Part shown: positions 1-10,042 of the stretch, piece after piece
Numbering within the stretch: position 1 is the first letter of the stretch
Layout: the number at the start of each line of letters is the position of its first letter
From: an uncultured Chloroflexia bacterium
Lineage (GTDB): Bacteria > Chloroflexota > Limnocylindria > Limnocylindrales > CSP1-4
Assembly: GCA_963800275.1 (NCBI GenBank)
Contig: CAWDAI010000014.1
Span: 46,745-110,744 of the forward strand
DNA length: 64,000 nucleotides
Reading direction: 5' to 3'
Position numbers and translations under genes: made by a program
Notes under the pieces: model-generated
Databases searched by the model: none
Seen by the model: the letters and a program-made list of their open reading frames with translations, nothing else
What the model was told of the DNA's origin: nothing

Positions 1-285
1 CCCATCGACCCCGCCACCGACACGCTCGTGGAGGGCGACGTGGCGGTCCAGACGGAGCGCACGATGGAGAACATCAAGGGCCTGCTCGGTGCGCTCGGCC
101 TCGACCTCTCCGACGTCGTCAAGACGACCTGCTACCTCGCGGACATGGACGACTTCAAGGCCTTCAACGCGGTCTACGCCGCGCACATGCCCGAGCCCTT
201 CCCGGCACGCACGACCATCGAGGCCGCCCGTCTACCGCTGGACATCCTCGTCGAGATCGAGGTCATCGCCCGCCAGCGTGCCTGA
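1..285 (+). CDS. RidA/YjgF/TdcF family reactive-intermediate deaminase, 5' end outside the window
   Basis: The translation ...GDVAVQTERTMENIKGLLGALGLDLSDVVKTTCYLADMDDFKAFNAVYAAHM...ARTTIEAARLP is a typical RidA C-terminus. The in-frame ORF reaches coordinate 1. Confidence 0.8.
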   Translation, partial: PIDPATDTLVEGDVAVQTERTMENIKGLLGALGLDLSDVVKTTCYLADMDDFKAFNAVYAAHMPEPFPARTTIEAARLPLDILVEIEVIARQRA

Positions 286-385
286 CCGAGCCCCAGGGGG
301 TTTGACACCACTGCGGGCCGACCCTAGATTCACCTGACCTGATGCCCGAACAGCCCCCATCAGCGAAGGGCGGTAGCGCCGCTTC

Positions 386-1831
386 GTGAACACCCACCAA
401 CCTCAGCCCTTGCGGGCGGTCGTGATGGCCGCCGGGCTGGGCACCCGAATGCGTTCGAGCACCCCCAAGGTGCTCCACCCCCTCTGCGGACGGCCCGTGC
501 TGGCCTATGTCCTCGATGCGGCCGAGGCCGTGACCGGCGCCCGGCCGCTGGTGGTCATCTCGCCGGCGGTGGCGGCCATCGCGGAGGTCTTCGCTGACCG
601 GGCCGACTTCGCCACCCAGGCCCAGCCGCGGGGCACGGCCGACGCCGTGGCCGCCGCCCTCGAGGCGCTGCCGCCCAAGGTCGCGGAGGTGCTCGTGCTC
701 AGCGGGGACGTGCCGCTGGTGGACGTGGACCTGCTGGCCGACCTGGTCGGGGCCCGCCGTGAGGCCGACGCCGCGATCGCACTCATCAGCGTGGACATGG
801 ACGATCCGGCCGCACTCGGCCGCGTGGCCCGGGGCCCGGATGGGCGCATCACCGGCGTGGTCGAGTTCAAGGACGCCTCGCCGGCACAGCGCGACCTCAC
901 CGAGATCAACGCCGGCCTCTACGCCTTCGACGTCGCCTGGCTGCGTCGGCGGATCGGCGACATCGAGCCCAGCCCGGTCACCGGCGAGCTCTATCTGCCG
1001 GAGCTGATCCCGTTGGCCCGCGCCGACGACCGTCCCGTGGCCACGTTGGAGGTGGAGGATGACGGCACCCTCCTGGGCATCAACGACCGCAGCCAGCTCG
1101 CCGATGCGGAGCTGGACATGCGCCTGCGCATCAACGAGGGCCACATGCGCGCCGGCGTCACCATCGTGGACCCGACCACGGCCTACATCGAGGGCAGCGT
1201 GCGCATCGCCGAAGATGTGACCATCGAGCCCAACGTCATCCTGCGTGGCGACACCGTCATCGAGCGCGACGTGGTCATCCGTGCCGGGTCGCAGATCTTC
1301 GACTGCCACATCGGCGAGCGCAGCGTGGTCTGGGCCAGCGTGCTCGAGGGCTCCACCATCGAGACCGACGTCACCATCGGGCCCTTCAGCCACGTGCGCA
1401 AGGGCGCCACCATCGGTCCCGGCGTCGAGCTGGGCAACTACGCCGAGGTCAAGAACAGCCACATCGGCGCCGGCACCAAGAGCCACCACTTCAGCTACCT
1501 TGGCGATGCCGACGTGGGCCAGAAGGTGAACATCGGCGCGGGCTCCATCACCGCCAACTACGACGGCCGCAACAAGCATCGCACGCGCATCGGCGACGGC
1601 GCCTTCATCGGCTCGGACACGATCATGCGCGCACCGGTCGAGATCGGCGAGGGCGCGTTCACCGGCGCGGCGTCGCTGGTCACACACGACGTGCCCCCAG
1701 GCCAGACCGTGCTGGGCGTACCCGCCCGCCCCAGGACGCCCGGGGCGAAAGCGGCCCCCCCCGGCGAGGCTGAGACGGCCACCACCAGCGACGAGGCCCG
1801 GTCCCGCAGCGAGGATCCAGCGAAGCACTGA
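386..1831 (+). CDS. glmU: bifunctional UDP-N-acetylglucosamine pyrophosphorylase / glucosamine-1-phosphate N-acetyltransferase
   Basis: The N-terminus has the nucleotidyltransferase motif AVVMAAGLGTRMRSSTPKVLHPL. The C-terminus has left-handed beta-helix hexapeptide repeats. At 481 aa the length is typical of GlmU. Confidence 0.9.
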   Translation: MNTHQPQPLRAVVMAAGLGTRMRSSTPKVLHPLCGRPVLAYVLDAAEAVTGARPLVVISPAVAAIAEVFADRADFATQAQPRGTADAVAAALEALPPKVAEVLVLSGDVPLVDVDLLADLVGARREADAAIALISVDMDDPAALGRVARGPDGRITGVVEFKDASPAQRDLTEINAGLYAFDVAWLRRRIGDIEPSPVTGELYLPELIPLARADDRPVATLEVEDDGTLLGINDRSQLADAELDMRLRINEGHMRAGVTIVDPTTAYIEGSVRIAEDVTIEPNVILRGDTVIERDVVIRAGSQIFDCHIGERSVVWASVLEGSTIETDVTIGPFSHVRKGATIGPGVELGNYAEVKNSHIGAGTKSHHFSYLGDADVGQKVNIGAGSITANYDGRNKHRTRIGDGAFIGSDTIMRAPVEIGEGAFTGAASLVTHDVPPGQTVLGVPARPRTPGAKAAPPGEAETATTSDEARSRSEDPAKH

Positions 1832-3162
1832 TGGACTCCCTCTTCGAGCTCATCGTGATCGCGGTCCTCATCGCGCTCAACGGGGTCTTCGTGGCCGCGG
1901 AGATCGCGCTGGTGACCGTTCGTCGTAGTCGCATCCGCCAACTCAGCGACGACGGCGATGTGCGCGCCAAGCGCGTGGCCCACATGGTGGAGGAGCCGGC
2001 CGGGCTCCTCGCCACCATCCAGATCGGCATCACCTTCATCGGTTTCCTGGCGGCCGCCTTCGCCGGGGCCAGCATCGCCGGGACCGTGGCCGACTGGCTG
2101 CGCAGCCTCGGCCTGGCCGCCTCGGCCGACCTGCTGGCGCTGCTCCTCGTCACGACCGGCGTCAGTGTGGTGACCATCGTCTTCGGCGAGCTCGTGCCCA
2201 AGACGCTCGCCCTGGCCCACGCCGAACGCTACGCCCTGACCCTCTCCCGGCCGGTCCAGCTGCTCGGTCGCCTGCTCGGTCCGGTCGTCTGGTTCCTGAC
2301 GACCCTGACGCGGGCGGTGACCCGCATGCTGGGCGTGCGCGACGTGAGCAGCGACGACGCCATCACCAGCGAGGAGCTGCTCATCCTCGTCGAGCGTGGC
2401 TCGGAGCAGGGCACGATCGAGGCCGAGGAGGAGCAGATGATCGGCGGCGTGCTCGAGCTCGGCGAGCAGCGGGCGCACGAGGTCATGGTCGCGCGCGTGG
2501 ACATGGTCACGCTCGAGGCCGACGCCTCGCTCGACCAGATCGTGCAGGTCATCGTCAGCGGCGGGCACTCGCGCATCCCCGTCTACGAGGACAACGTGGA
2601 CAACATCATCGGCATGCTCTACGCCAAGGACCTGCTGCCCTACCTCGTCGGCGACGATCGGCCGCCGACCATCCGGGACCTGTTGCGTACGCCACTCTTC
2701 GTGCCCGAGTCGATGCTCGTCGACGACCTGCTGCGCAGCCTGCAGCGCCGCCGCGTCCACATCGCGGTCGTGCTCGACGAACACGGTGGCACGGCCGGCC
2801 TCGTGACCATCGAGGACCTGCTCGAGGAGATCGTGGGCGAGATCCAGGACGAGTACGACGTGGAGGACCCCATGATCGTGCCCTTGGGTGACCACGAGGC
2901 GCGCATCGATGGGCGCGCTGACGTGGACGACATGCTCGAGCACTTCGACACCGAGCTCGACGGGGATGACAAGGAGGAGTTCGACACGGTCGGCGGTCTC
3001 GTCTACCACTACGTCGGCGGTGTGCCCTCGGTCGGCGACACGGTCGAGGTGGATGGGCTCAAGATCACCGTGGAGGCTACGGACGGGCGCCGGGTGCGCA
3101 CGGTCCACGTGCTCTACATACCGCCCGAACCGGAGACGGGCGAGGAACCTCGGGAAGGCTGA
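1831..3162 (+). CDS. CNNM/HlyC-CorC family membrane protein (DUF21 - CBS pair - CorC_HlyC)
   Basis: N-terminal TM helices, a CBS-domain middle region and a transporter-associated C-terminus (GLVTIEDLLEEIVGEIQDE). The start overlaps the glmU stop (TGATG). Confidence 0.85.
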   Translation: MDSLFELIVIAVLIALNGVFVAAEIALVTVRRSRIRQLSDDGDVRAKRVAHMVEEPAGLLATIQIGITFIGFLAAAFAGASIAGTVADWLRSLGLAASADLLALLLVTTGVSVVTIVFGELVPKTLALAHAERYALTLSRPVQLLGRLLGPVVWFLTTLTRAVTRMLGVRDVSSDDAITSEELLILVERGSEQGTIEAEEEQMIGGVLELGEQRAHEVMVARVDMVTLEADASLDQIVQVIVSGGHSRIPVYEDNVDNIIGMLYAKDLLPYLVGDDRPPTIRDLLRTPLFVPESMLVDDLLRSLQRRRVHIAVVLDEHGGTAGLVTIEDLLEEIVGEIQDEYDVEDPMIVPLGDHEARIDGRADVDDMLEHFDTELDGDDKEEFDTVGGLVYHYVGGVPSVGDTVEVDGLKITVEATDGRRVRTVHVLYIPPEPETGEEPREG

Positions 3163-3192
3163 GGGCCGCCACCTCGCGAGGGCGTCGTCGCG

Positions 3193-4251
3193 TCAGGCGC
3201 TGATGACGCTGCGCACGACCTCCGCCAGGCGCTCCATGGCAGCTGGCTCCACGGTGCCTACCGAGCCCAGTTCTGCGAGCGCCCGGTCGCGGTGCGCGCG
3301 AGCCTGGTCGCGGGTGTAGTCCCGAGCGCCGACGCGCTCGAGGATCGCGAGCACGTCGCCCACCTCGGCAGGAGCAGGCTCCACCTCGTCCTGGGCCAGC
3401 ATCGTCCGCAGCCGTCGCTGGTCATCGCCGGTAGCCTCGGCGAGGGCGTAGATCAGGGGCAGCGTCTTCTTGCGCGTGGTGATGTCCGAGGTCGCCTTGC
3501 CGGTGGCCGCGACATCACCCCAGATCCCGAGCAGGTCGTCGTTGACCTGGAAGGCCAGGCCGAGCGCCCAACCGAAGCGCCGATAGGCGCCGATGACGGC
3601 CTCGTCGTCGGTCGCCAGCACGGCCCCCGCCTCCGCTGACCCGGCGATGAGCGAGGCGGTCTTGCGCCCGATCATGTCGAAGTAGTAGTCGACGGACATC
3701 CACTCGTCGTGCTCGGAGGTCCAGATGTCCATGAACTGGCCTTCGCACAGGGCCAGACAGGTCTCGTCGTAGAGGCGCATCAGGCGCAGGATCCGGGCAT
3801 CGTCGAAGCCCTCCTCCTGCAGGCGATAGAGGGCCATGCGGCTGAGCGTGAAGAGGGTGTCGCCGGTGTTGATGGCCTGCGCCGTGCCCCACACCGTCCA
3901 CAGCGCCGGTCGGTGGCGCCGCTCAGCGCCCCTGTCCTCGATGTCGTCGTGGACGAGGCTGAAGTTGTGGCCCATCTCCACCGCCGCCGCACCGGGCAGG
4001 GCCGCGGCGTGGTCGCCCGCGATCGACTGGTAGGCGAGCAGCCCGATGAGCGGTCGCATGCGCTTGCCGCGAGGGGCATCGCCGTCGAGCCCCATGTGGT
4101 AGCGCACCATCTCGTAGAGCTCGCGCGTGCGCTCATCCTGCACACGCGCGATCAGCCCGAGCATCTCCTGCTCGGTGTCGGCGATGAGGCGGTCGAGGTC
4201 GATGGCGGTGAGCACAGAGAAATGATACCGCCTCGTAGCATATTCCCTCAT
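3193..4251 (-). CDS. polyprenyl diphosphate synthase (trans-isoprenyl diphosphate synthase family)
   Basis: Contains the first Asp-rich motif LVHDDIEDRGAERRHRP and the second motif FQVNDDLLGIWGD. Confidence 0.85.
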   Translation of the reverse strand: MREYATRRYHFSVLTAIDLDRLIADTEQEMLGLIARVQDERTRELYEMVRYHMGLDGDAPRGKRMRPLIGLLAYQSIAGDHAAALPGAAAVEMGHNFSLVHDDIEDRGAERRHRPALWTVWGTAQAINTGDTLFTLSRMALYRLQEEGFDDARILRLMRLYDETCLALCEGQFMDIWTSEHDEWMSVDYYFDMIGRKTASLIAGSAEAGAVLATDDEAVIGAYRRFGWALGLAFQVNDDLLGIWGDVAATGKATSDITTRKKTLPLIYALAEATGDDQRRLRTMLAQDEVEPAPAEVGDVLAILERVGARDYTRDQARAHRDRALAELGSVGTVEPAAMERLAEVVRSVISA

Positions 4252-5077
4252 GCTCGGGGCAGATGCGCTGCGTCTCGTGCGGCTCGACCCCGCCCGCGAT
4301 ACGCTCGCTCGCGTGCCGCGTCCCCGGACCTACAAGACCCGCGCCATCGTGCTCGCCCACTTCGACCTGGGTGAAGCCGATCGTATCGTCACGCTGCTCA
4401 CGCCCCAGGACGGCAAGATCCGCGCCGTGGCCAAGGGCGTGCGCCGTCCCCGCAGCCGGATCGGCGGATCGGTCGAGCCCTTCGCCGAGCTGGAGGTGGC
4501 GCTGGCCCGGGGCCGCAACCTCGACGTCATCACCCAGGTCAGCGTGAGCCATGCCTGGCTCCGCCTGCGCGACCGTCTGGAATCGACGGCCACGGCCTGG
4601 TACCTCGGCGAGCTGGCCGATCGGGCGGTGGAGGAACGCGCCGGCGAGCACCCGGTCTACGGGCTGTTGCGCCGGGCCTGCCAACTGCTCGACGACGGCA
4701 TGGAGCCCGGTCGCGTGGCCCGCTGGTACGAATCGGGCCTGGCTGACACGCTCGGTGTGCGCCCCGAGCTCGACCGCTGCGTCGAGTGCGACCGCGTCCT
4801 GGCGGAGACCGACAGCTTCCGCTGGGTGCCGGCGCTCGGTGGCGTGCTGTGCCCGTCGCACCCCGGGCCGCCGGCCGAGTGGGTGCGGCTCTCGCTCGAT
4901 GCCCTGAAGCTGTTGCGGGCCTATCGCCGTTTCGACGTGGAGGCGCTCGCCGCGCTGCGCGTGCCCCCCGCCGTCGAGTCGGAGGTGGAGGCGGCCATGC
5001 GCCGCTACACGCGCTTCATCCTCGAGCGCGAGGCACGCTCGCTCTCGTTCATCGACGAGGTCCGGCACAGCGGGTGA
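4250..5077 (+). CDS. recO: DNA repair protein RecO
   Basis: RecO N-terminal OB fold ([39 protein letters not shown]) and a C-terminal zinc-finger region (CVECDR...CPSH). A later GTG at 4313 is a plausible real start. Confidence 0.85.
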   Translation: MLGADALRLVRLDPARDTLARVPRPRTYKTRAIVLAHFDLGEADRIVTLLTPQDGKIRAVAKGVRRPRSRIGGSVEPFAELEVALARGRNLDVITQVSVSHAWLRLRDRLESTATAWYLGELADRAVEERAGEHPVYGLLRRACQLLDDGMEPGRVARWYESGLADTLGVRPELDRCVECDRVLAETDSFRWVPALGGVLCPSHPGPPAEWVRLSLDALKLLRAYRRFDVEALAALRVPPAVESEVEAAMRRYTRFILEREARSLSFIDEVRHSG

Positions 5078-5216
5078 CCAGGAGCGTCAGTTCCGGGAGT
5101 CGCTTGACGCGCCGGGCCCTGACCCATCCGGGCGCGTCGCTCCGTTCCCTGCCACAATCTGGCTCCAACGTCCGGCACTGCCATCGCCGGCGCCGCCATC
5201 CAGGGAGATCCCACAC

Positions 5217-6644
5217 GTGACCGACCAGCCCTCTACCCCCATGCCCCTCGTCGAGACCGACCCCGGTCCCTCCGTGGCCAGGCTCGAGACCATCGTCTCG
5301 CTGGCCAAGCGCCGCGGGTTCGTCTACCCCAGCTCGGAGATCTACGGCGGCATCAACGCGGTGTGGGACTACGGACCCCTCGGCGTGGAGCTCAAGAACA
5401 ACGTCAAGCGAGCGTGGTGGCGTTCGATGGTGCAGGAGCGCGACGACATCGTGGGACTCGATGCGGGCATCCTGATGCACCCGCAGGTGTGGGTCACATC
5501 GGGCCACGTGGGTTCCTTCAGCGACCCGCTCGTGGAGTGCGACAGCTGCCATCGACGCTTCCGCCTCGATGAGCTGCCGGGCGCGGAGGGACTGAGCGCG
5601 ACCGAGCTGCAGGACGAGGGCATCGTGGAGCGGCTGGGCCTCGTCTGCCCGGTGGACCAGGGCCCGCTGTCCGCGCCGCGGCGCTTCAACCTCATGTTCA
5701 AGACCCACATGGGTCCGGTCGAGGATGAGGGCGCGGTCATCTATCTGCGCCCCGAGACCGCCCAGGGCTCGTACGTCAACTTCAAGAACGTGCAGATGTC
5801 CAGCCGCAAGAAGGTGCCCTTCGGCATCGCCCAGATCGGCAAGTCCTTCCGCAACGAGATCAGTCCTGGCAACTTCGTCTTCCGCATGCGCGAGTTCGAA
5901 CAGATGGAGATGCAGTACTTCGTGCGCCCGGGCGAGGCGGCGACCCTCGCCTTCGACGAGTGGCTGCCCGCGCGCAAGGCCTGGTACGAGCGCTATGGCG
6001 TGACGCCCGCACGACTGCGCTTCCGCGAGCACGCACCCGACGAGCTGGCCCACTACGCCAAGAAGGCCATCGATGTGGAGTACCGCTTCCCCTTCGGCTG
6101 GAAGGAATTGGAGGGCGTCCACAACCGTGGTGACTTCGACCTCGGCTCGCATGCAGGGGCCAGCGGGGAGAACATGGAGTACTTCGACCCGGTCGCGGAG
6201 GAGCACTTCATCCCCTGGGTCGTGGAGGCCGCTGCCGGCGCCGACCGCGCCGCCTTCACCTTCCTCATCGACGCCTACCGAGAAGAGGAGCTGGAGAAGG
6301 GCACCCGCGTGGTGCTGCGGCTGCACCCGGACATCGCACCCTACAAGGTGGCGGTCCTGCCGCTGCTCAAGAAGCGGCCGGAGATCGTGGAGCTGTGCCA
6401 CAGGATCAAGAGCGACCTGCAGAAGGACATGATGGCTGTGTATGACGACACGGCCGCGATCGGCAAGCTCTACCGACGGCAGGACGAGATCGGCACGCCC
6501 TGGTGCGTGACCGTGGACGTCGACTCGCTCGAGGACGGGGCGGTCACGGTGCGTGACCGCGACAGCATGACCCAGGAGCGCGTGCCCGTCGAGACCGTCA
6601 AGCGCCTGCTCATGGACCGCATGGCGGCTGCGCGCGAGGCATAG
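5217..6644 (+). CDS. glyQS: glycine--tRNA ligase (dimeric alpha2 form)
   Basis: Strong family match throughout ([32 protein letters not shown], class II motifs, C-terminal anticodon-binding domain). The stop is TAG at 6642-6644. Confidence 0.9.
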   Translation: MTDQPSTPMPLVETDPGPSVARLETIVSLAKRRGFVYPSSEIYGGINAVWDYGPLGVELKNNVKRAWWRSMVQERDDIVGLDAGILMHPQVWVTSGHVGSFSDPLVECDSCHRRFRLDELPGAEGLSATELQDEGIVERLGLVCPVDQGPLSAPRRFNLMFKTHMGPVEDEGAVIYLRPETAQGSYVNFKNVQMSSRKKVPFGIAQIGKSFRNEISPGNFVFRMREFEQMEMQYFVRPGEAATLAFDEWLPARKAWYERYGVTPARLRFREHAPDELAHYAKKAIDVEYRFPFGWKELEGVHNRGDFDLGSHAGASGENMEYFDPVAEEHFIPWVVEAAAGADRAAFTFLIDAYREEELEKGTRVVLRLHPDIAPYKVAVLPLLKKRPEIVELCHRIKSDLQKDMMAVYDDTAAIGKLYRRQDEIGTPWCVTVDVDSLEDGAVTVRDRDSMTQERVPVETVKRLLMDRMAAAREA

Positions 6645-7030
6645 CCGCGCACGAGCCTACCCGCCCGCATGGCACAGCCGCGCGCGGCCGAGCCGGCGCA
6701 CGGGGCGTGGCTGCCCGCGAAGCATAGCCGCGCACGAGGTGGCCCCGCGCACGAGGCGTGGCTGCCCGCGAAGCATAGCCGTGCACGAGGTGGCATAGCC
6801 GCGCACGAGGCGTGGCTGCCCGCGAGGCATAGCCGGCGCACCGCGCAGCCACCAACGAGGCGTGGCCCCGCGCGCATGGCGCTGCCGCGCAGCCACCAAC
6901 GAGGCGTGGCCCCGCGAGGCATAGCCGGCGCACCGCGCAGCCACCAACGAGGCGTGGCCCCGCGAGGCATAGCCGGCGCACCGCGCAGCCACCAACGAGG
7001 CGTGGCCCTGCGCGCATGGCGCTGCCGCCA
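6645..7030. repeat. degenerate tandem repeats (~45-50 bp units) built from copies of the glyQS 3' end
   Basis: The strings gcatagccgcgcacgagg and gaggcgtggctgcccgcgaagcatagccg recur. The unit matches the last ~25 nt of glyQS, including its TAG stop codon. Confidence 0.7.
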
Positions 7031-7267
7031 GCAAACGCGTGTTTCGTCTGTCTCCCCGGCGGAGCCACTCGACCGCGGAGACACCGATCCTCGGTCGTTC
7101 GTCTCATGGTTGGCGCCACTCGTCGCCGGAGCGCGCTCCCAGCGCCCTGTAGCACCGGCTCGCCGGCCGAGTGGCGCTCGTAGTGAGACAGGCGGCAGGG
7201 CAGCGGGGCCCTGGACATGCAACGTGCCGCGCGACCAGGCGTGAGCCATGCAATAGAGGGCGCCGCC

Positions 7268-7480
7268 CGACCACCGTGCCGCCAGCCGCCCGATCACCGT
7301 GCCGCCAGCCGCCCGACCACCGTGCCGCCAGCCGCCCGACCACCGTGCCGCCAGCCGCCCGATCACCGTGCCGCCAGCCGCCCGACCACCGTGCCGCGCG
7401 CCCGACACCGTGCCGCCAGCCGCCGATCACCGTGCCGCCAGATGCTCGACCACCGTGCCGCCAGATGCCAGTCACCAAGG
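7268..7480. repeat. 23-bp tandem repeat array (about 9 copies, unit ccgcccgaYcaccgtgccgccag)
   Basis: Head-to-tail copies can be read directly. The period is not a multiple of 3. The array lies between convergent glyQS and the GltD-like gene. Confidence 0.75.
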
Positions 7481-7583
7481 TCCCGGCGTCGCAGTATCGG
7501 GGCGCCAACCCCGTGGCCAACCTCGGCCAGGTAACTTGCCAGCGCTGATCCGCGCCTCGGCCGGGGCCGCCGAGCCGACTCCC

Positions 7584-9062
7584 TCAGGCGCGGGTGGCGG
7601 TCCCCGTGTCGCCGGCCTGGACCTCGGCGGCCACGCTGGGCAGCATCTCGTTGACCTTGTCGAGGTATCTCTCGATGGCGCGGGCGGCGCGCTTGCCATC
7701 GCCCATGGCCAGGATGACCGTGGCCGCGCCGCGCACGATGTCGCCACCGGCGAAGATGCCAGGCACCGAGGTCATGCCGTCCTCGTCCACCACGAGGTAG
7801 CCCCACTCGTTGATCTTGAGGTCGGGCTCGGACGCGGTGAGCATGGGATTGCTGCGCGTGCCGATGGCGATCACCACCATGTCGCAGTCCACGATGTACT
7901 CCGAATCGGGGATGGGCTGCGGCTTGCGTCGACCGGAGGCATCCGGCTCACCCAGCTCCATCATCTGGCACTCGATGCCGGTGACCCAGTTCTCATCGTT
8001 GCCGATGATGCGCACCGGGGAAGCCATCAGCTCGAACTTGACACCCTCCTCCTCGGCATGCTGGATCTCCTCGGCTCGAGCAGGCAGCTCGTCCTTGCCC
8101 CGGCGATAGGCGATGGTGGCTTCCTTCGCGCCCAGCCGTCGTGCCGTGCGCACCGCGTCCATGGCCACGTTGCCACCGCCGACCACGACGACCTTCTGGC
8201 CCTGCAGGACCGGCGTGTCGGTGTCCTTGCGGAAGGCCCCCATGAGGTTGACGCGGGTGAGGTACTCGTTGGCCGAGTAGACGCCCTTGAGCTCCTCGCC
8301 GGGGATGTTCATGAACACCGGCAGGCCGGCCCCGACCGCGATGAAGACCGCGTCGAAATCCTGCCGCAGCTCGCGCAGGGTCCAGGTCTTGCCGACGATG
8401 GCGTTGACCTCGATGTTGACGCCCAGCGCCTTGAGGCGATCGACCTCCTTCTGGACGATGTCCTTGGGCAGTCGGAACTCGGGGATGCCATAGATGAGCA
8501 CGCCGCCCGGGGCGTGGAAGGCCTCGAAGACGGTGACCGTGTGGCCGGTCTTGGCCAGCTCACCCGCGGCCGTCAGACCGGCCGGACCGGAGCCCACGAT
8601 GGCGACGCGCCGGCCGGTGTCAGGGGCTACGTTGGTCTTGAGCTCGTCGAGGTGGTCCTGGGCCCAGTCGGCGACGAAGCGCTCCAGAGCGCCCACGGCC
8701 ACCGGCGCGCCCTTCTTGCCGCGGATGCACAGGCCCTCGCACTGGGTCTCCTGGGGGCACACCCGGCCGGTGACGCAGGGGAGAGCGTTGTCCCCCAGCA
8801 GCGACTCGGCCGCGCTGTGGAGATCGCCCGCTGCGAGGTGACCGATGAAGTTGGGGATGTTGACGCGCACGGGGCAGCCGTCGATACAGCGCGGATTGCG
8901 GCAATCCAGGCAGCGCTCGGCCTCTTCCATGGCCAGCACCTGGGAATAGCCGAGGTTGACTTCGTTGAAGTCCATCGAGCGGATGACCGCCGAACGGGCG
9001 GGAACCTCGTGTCGCTCGATCTGCATCCTTTCCTTGGGGGAGAGGTCGGGACGCTCTGTCAT
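7584..9062 (-). CDS. GltD-family NAD(P)H-dependent FAD/Fe-S oxidoreductase, large subunit of an NfnAB / sulfide dehydrogenase (SudA)-like pair
   Basis: Cys clusters CLDCRNPRCIDGCPV and CPQETQCEGLC, followed by a Rossmann fold VAIVGSGPAGLTAAGELAK and a second nucleotide-binding fold VVVVGGGNVAMD. Confidence 0.8.
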   Translation of the reverse strand: MTERPDLSPKERMQIERHEVPARSAVIRSMDFNEVNLGYSQVLAMEEAERCLDCRNPRCIDGCPVRVNIPNFIGHLAAGDLHSAAESLLGDNALPCVTGRVCPQETQCEGLCIRGKKGAPVAVGALERFVADWAQDHLDELKTNVAPDTGRRVAIVGSGPAGLTAAGELAKTGHTVTVFEAFHAPGGVLIYGIPEFRLPKDIVQKEVDRLKALGVNIEVNAIVGKTWTLRELRQDFDAVFIAVGAGLPVFMNIPGEELKGVYSANEYLTRVNLMGAFRKDTDTPVLQGQKVVVVGGGNVAMDAVRTARRLGAKEATIAYRRGKDELPARAEEIQHAEEEGVKFELMASPVRIIGNDENWVTGIECQMMELGEPDASGRRKPQPIPDSEYIVDCDMVVIAIGTRSNPMLTASEPDLKINEWGYLVVDEDGMTSVPGIFAGGDIVRGAATVILAMGDGKRAARAIERYLDKVNEMLPSVAAEVQAGDTGTATRA

Positions 9063-9066
9063 GGGG

Positions 9067-9915
9067 CTAATCTCCTGCGACTTCGGCGAGGGTCTCGATC
9101 ATGCACTGCGAGGCCGGATACGCCTGTTGCTCTGTGGACCGGTACATGGCCAGCCGGTCTGCCAGCTGCTTGAAGTCGACGGTGTGGGCGTCGAACTCGG
9201 GCCCGTCGACACAGGCATAGAGGGTCTGGCCGGCGACGCTGACGCGGCAGCCGCCGCACATGCCCGTGCCGTCGACCATGATGGCGTTGAGCGAGACCGT
9301 GGTCGGGACGTCGTACTCGCGGGTCACCTTGGCCACGGCACCCATCATGGGCACCGGTCCGACCGCGTAGACATGGTCCACGCCGCCCGCTTCGAGCATG
9401 TCGCGCAGCTCGTCGGTGACGAAGCCGTGGCGCCCGTAGGAGCCATCGTCGGTGCACACGCGCACGTCGCCGTACCGCCTGAGCTCATCCTCGAAGATGA
9501 CCCACTCCCTGGCGCGGCCACCGATGATGCTGGTGACCTGCACGCCCTTTTCGGCGAGGCCCTGGGCCATGGGATGCACCACGGCGGTGCCGACGCCACC
9601 GCCGACGCAGACCGCGTGACCGGCCTCGATGAGATCGGTGGGCTCACCGAGGGGGCCGGCCACGTCCTGGATGCCATCGCCCACCTGCAGCATGCACAGG
9701 TCGCAGCTGGTCTTGCCCACGGCCTGGATGGTGAGGGTGATGGTGCCGGCCTCCGGATCGGCATCGGCGATGGTCAAGGGAACGCGTTCCGCGCCTTCAC
9801 CGATGCGGACGATGACGAACTGACCGGGACGGCGCACCTTGGCGACGCGCTCGGCCTCGATCTCGAGCCTGGTGACGTTGGGGGAGAGGACCTCCCGCTT
9901 CACGATCTGGTGCAT
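9067..9915 (-). CDS. PyrK/SudB-like FAD/NAD-binding 2Fe-2S electron-transfer subunit (NfnA-like), partner of the preceding gene
   Basis: Ferredoxin-reductase-type FAD-binding N-terminus (PGQFVIVRIGEGAERVPLTIADAD). The C-terminal Cys cluster GMCGGCRV is typical of the PyrK family. The stop lies 2 nt before the GltD-like start. Confidence 0.75.
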   Translation of the reverse strand: MHQIVKREVLSPNVTRLEIEAERVAKVRRPGQFVIVRIGEGAERVPLTIADADPEAGTITLTIQAVGKTSCDLCMLQVGDGIQDVAGPLGEPTDLIEAGHAVCVGGGVGTAVVHPMAQGLAEKGVQVTSIIGGRAREWVIFEDELRRYGDVRVCTDDGSYGRHGFVTDELRDMLEAGGVDHVYAVGPVPMMGAVAKVTREYDVPTTVSLNAIMVDGTGMCGGCRVSVAGQTLYACVDGPEFDAHTVDFKQLADRLAMYRSTEQQAYPASQCMIETLAEVAGD

Positions 9916-10042
9916 ATGGCCTCTGCGGATGGGGGGAACGCGAACAGCGCCGTTACCAGCATGCCCCCGCCCAGCCTAAATGAATACCTACATGAGAGCC
10001 ATTCGAGGGGGCCGAACGTCACGACTCGGTCGCGTCGGGGCC

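Noticed and set aside
6645-7480. Possible CRISPR array (also considered for 34838-35275 and 49421-49580)
   Set aside because: The units are contiguous or separated by near-identical short linkers rather than by unique spacers of constant length. No cas genes are nearby. These are minisatellites, not CRISPR.
6470-7548. ORFs 6470..7408(-), 6610..7218(-), 6669..7244(+), 7104..7520(-), 7171..7548(+), 7217..7534(+) encoding internally repetitive proteins
   Set aside because: They are read straight through the tandem repeats, so the translations are periodic (PRWWLRGAPAMPRGAT...). The repeat period of 23 bp is not a multiple of 3. They are repeat artefacts, not genes.
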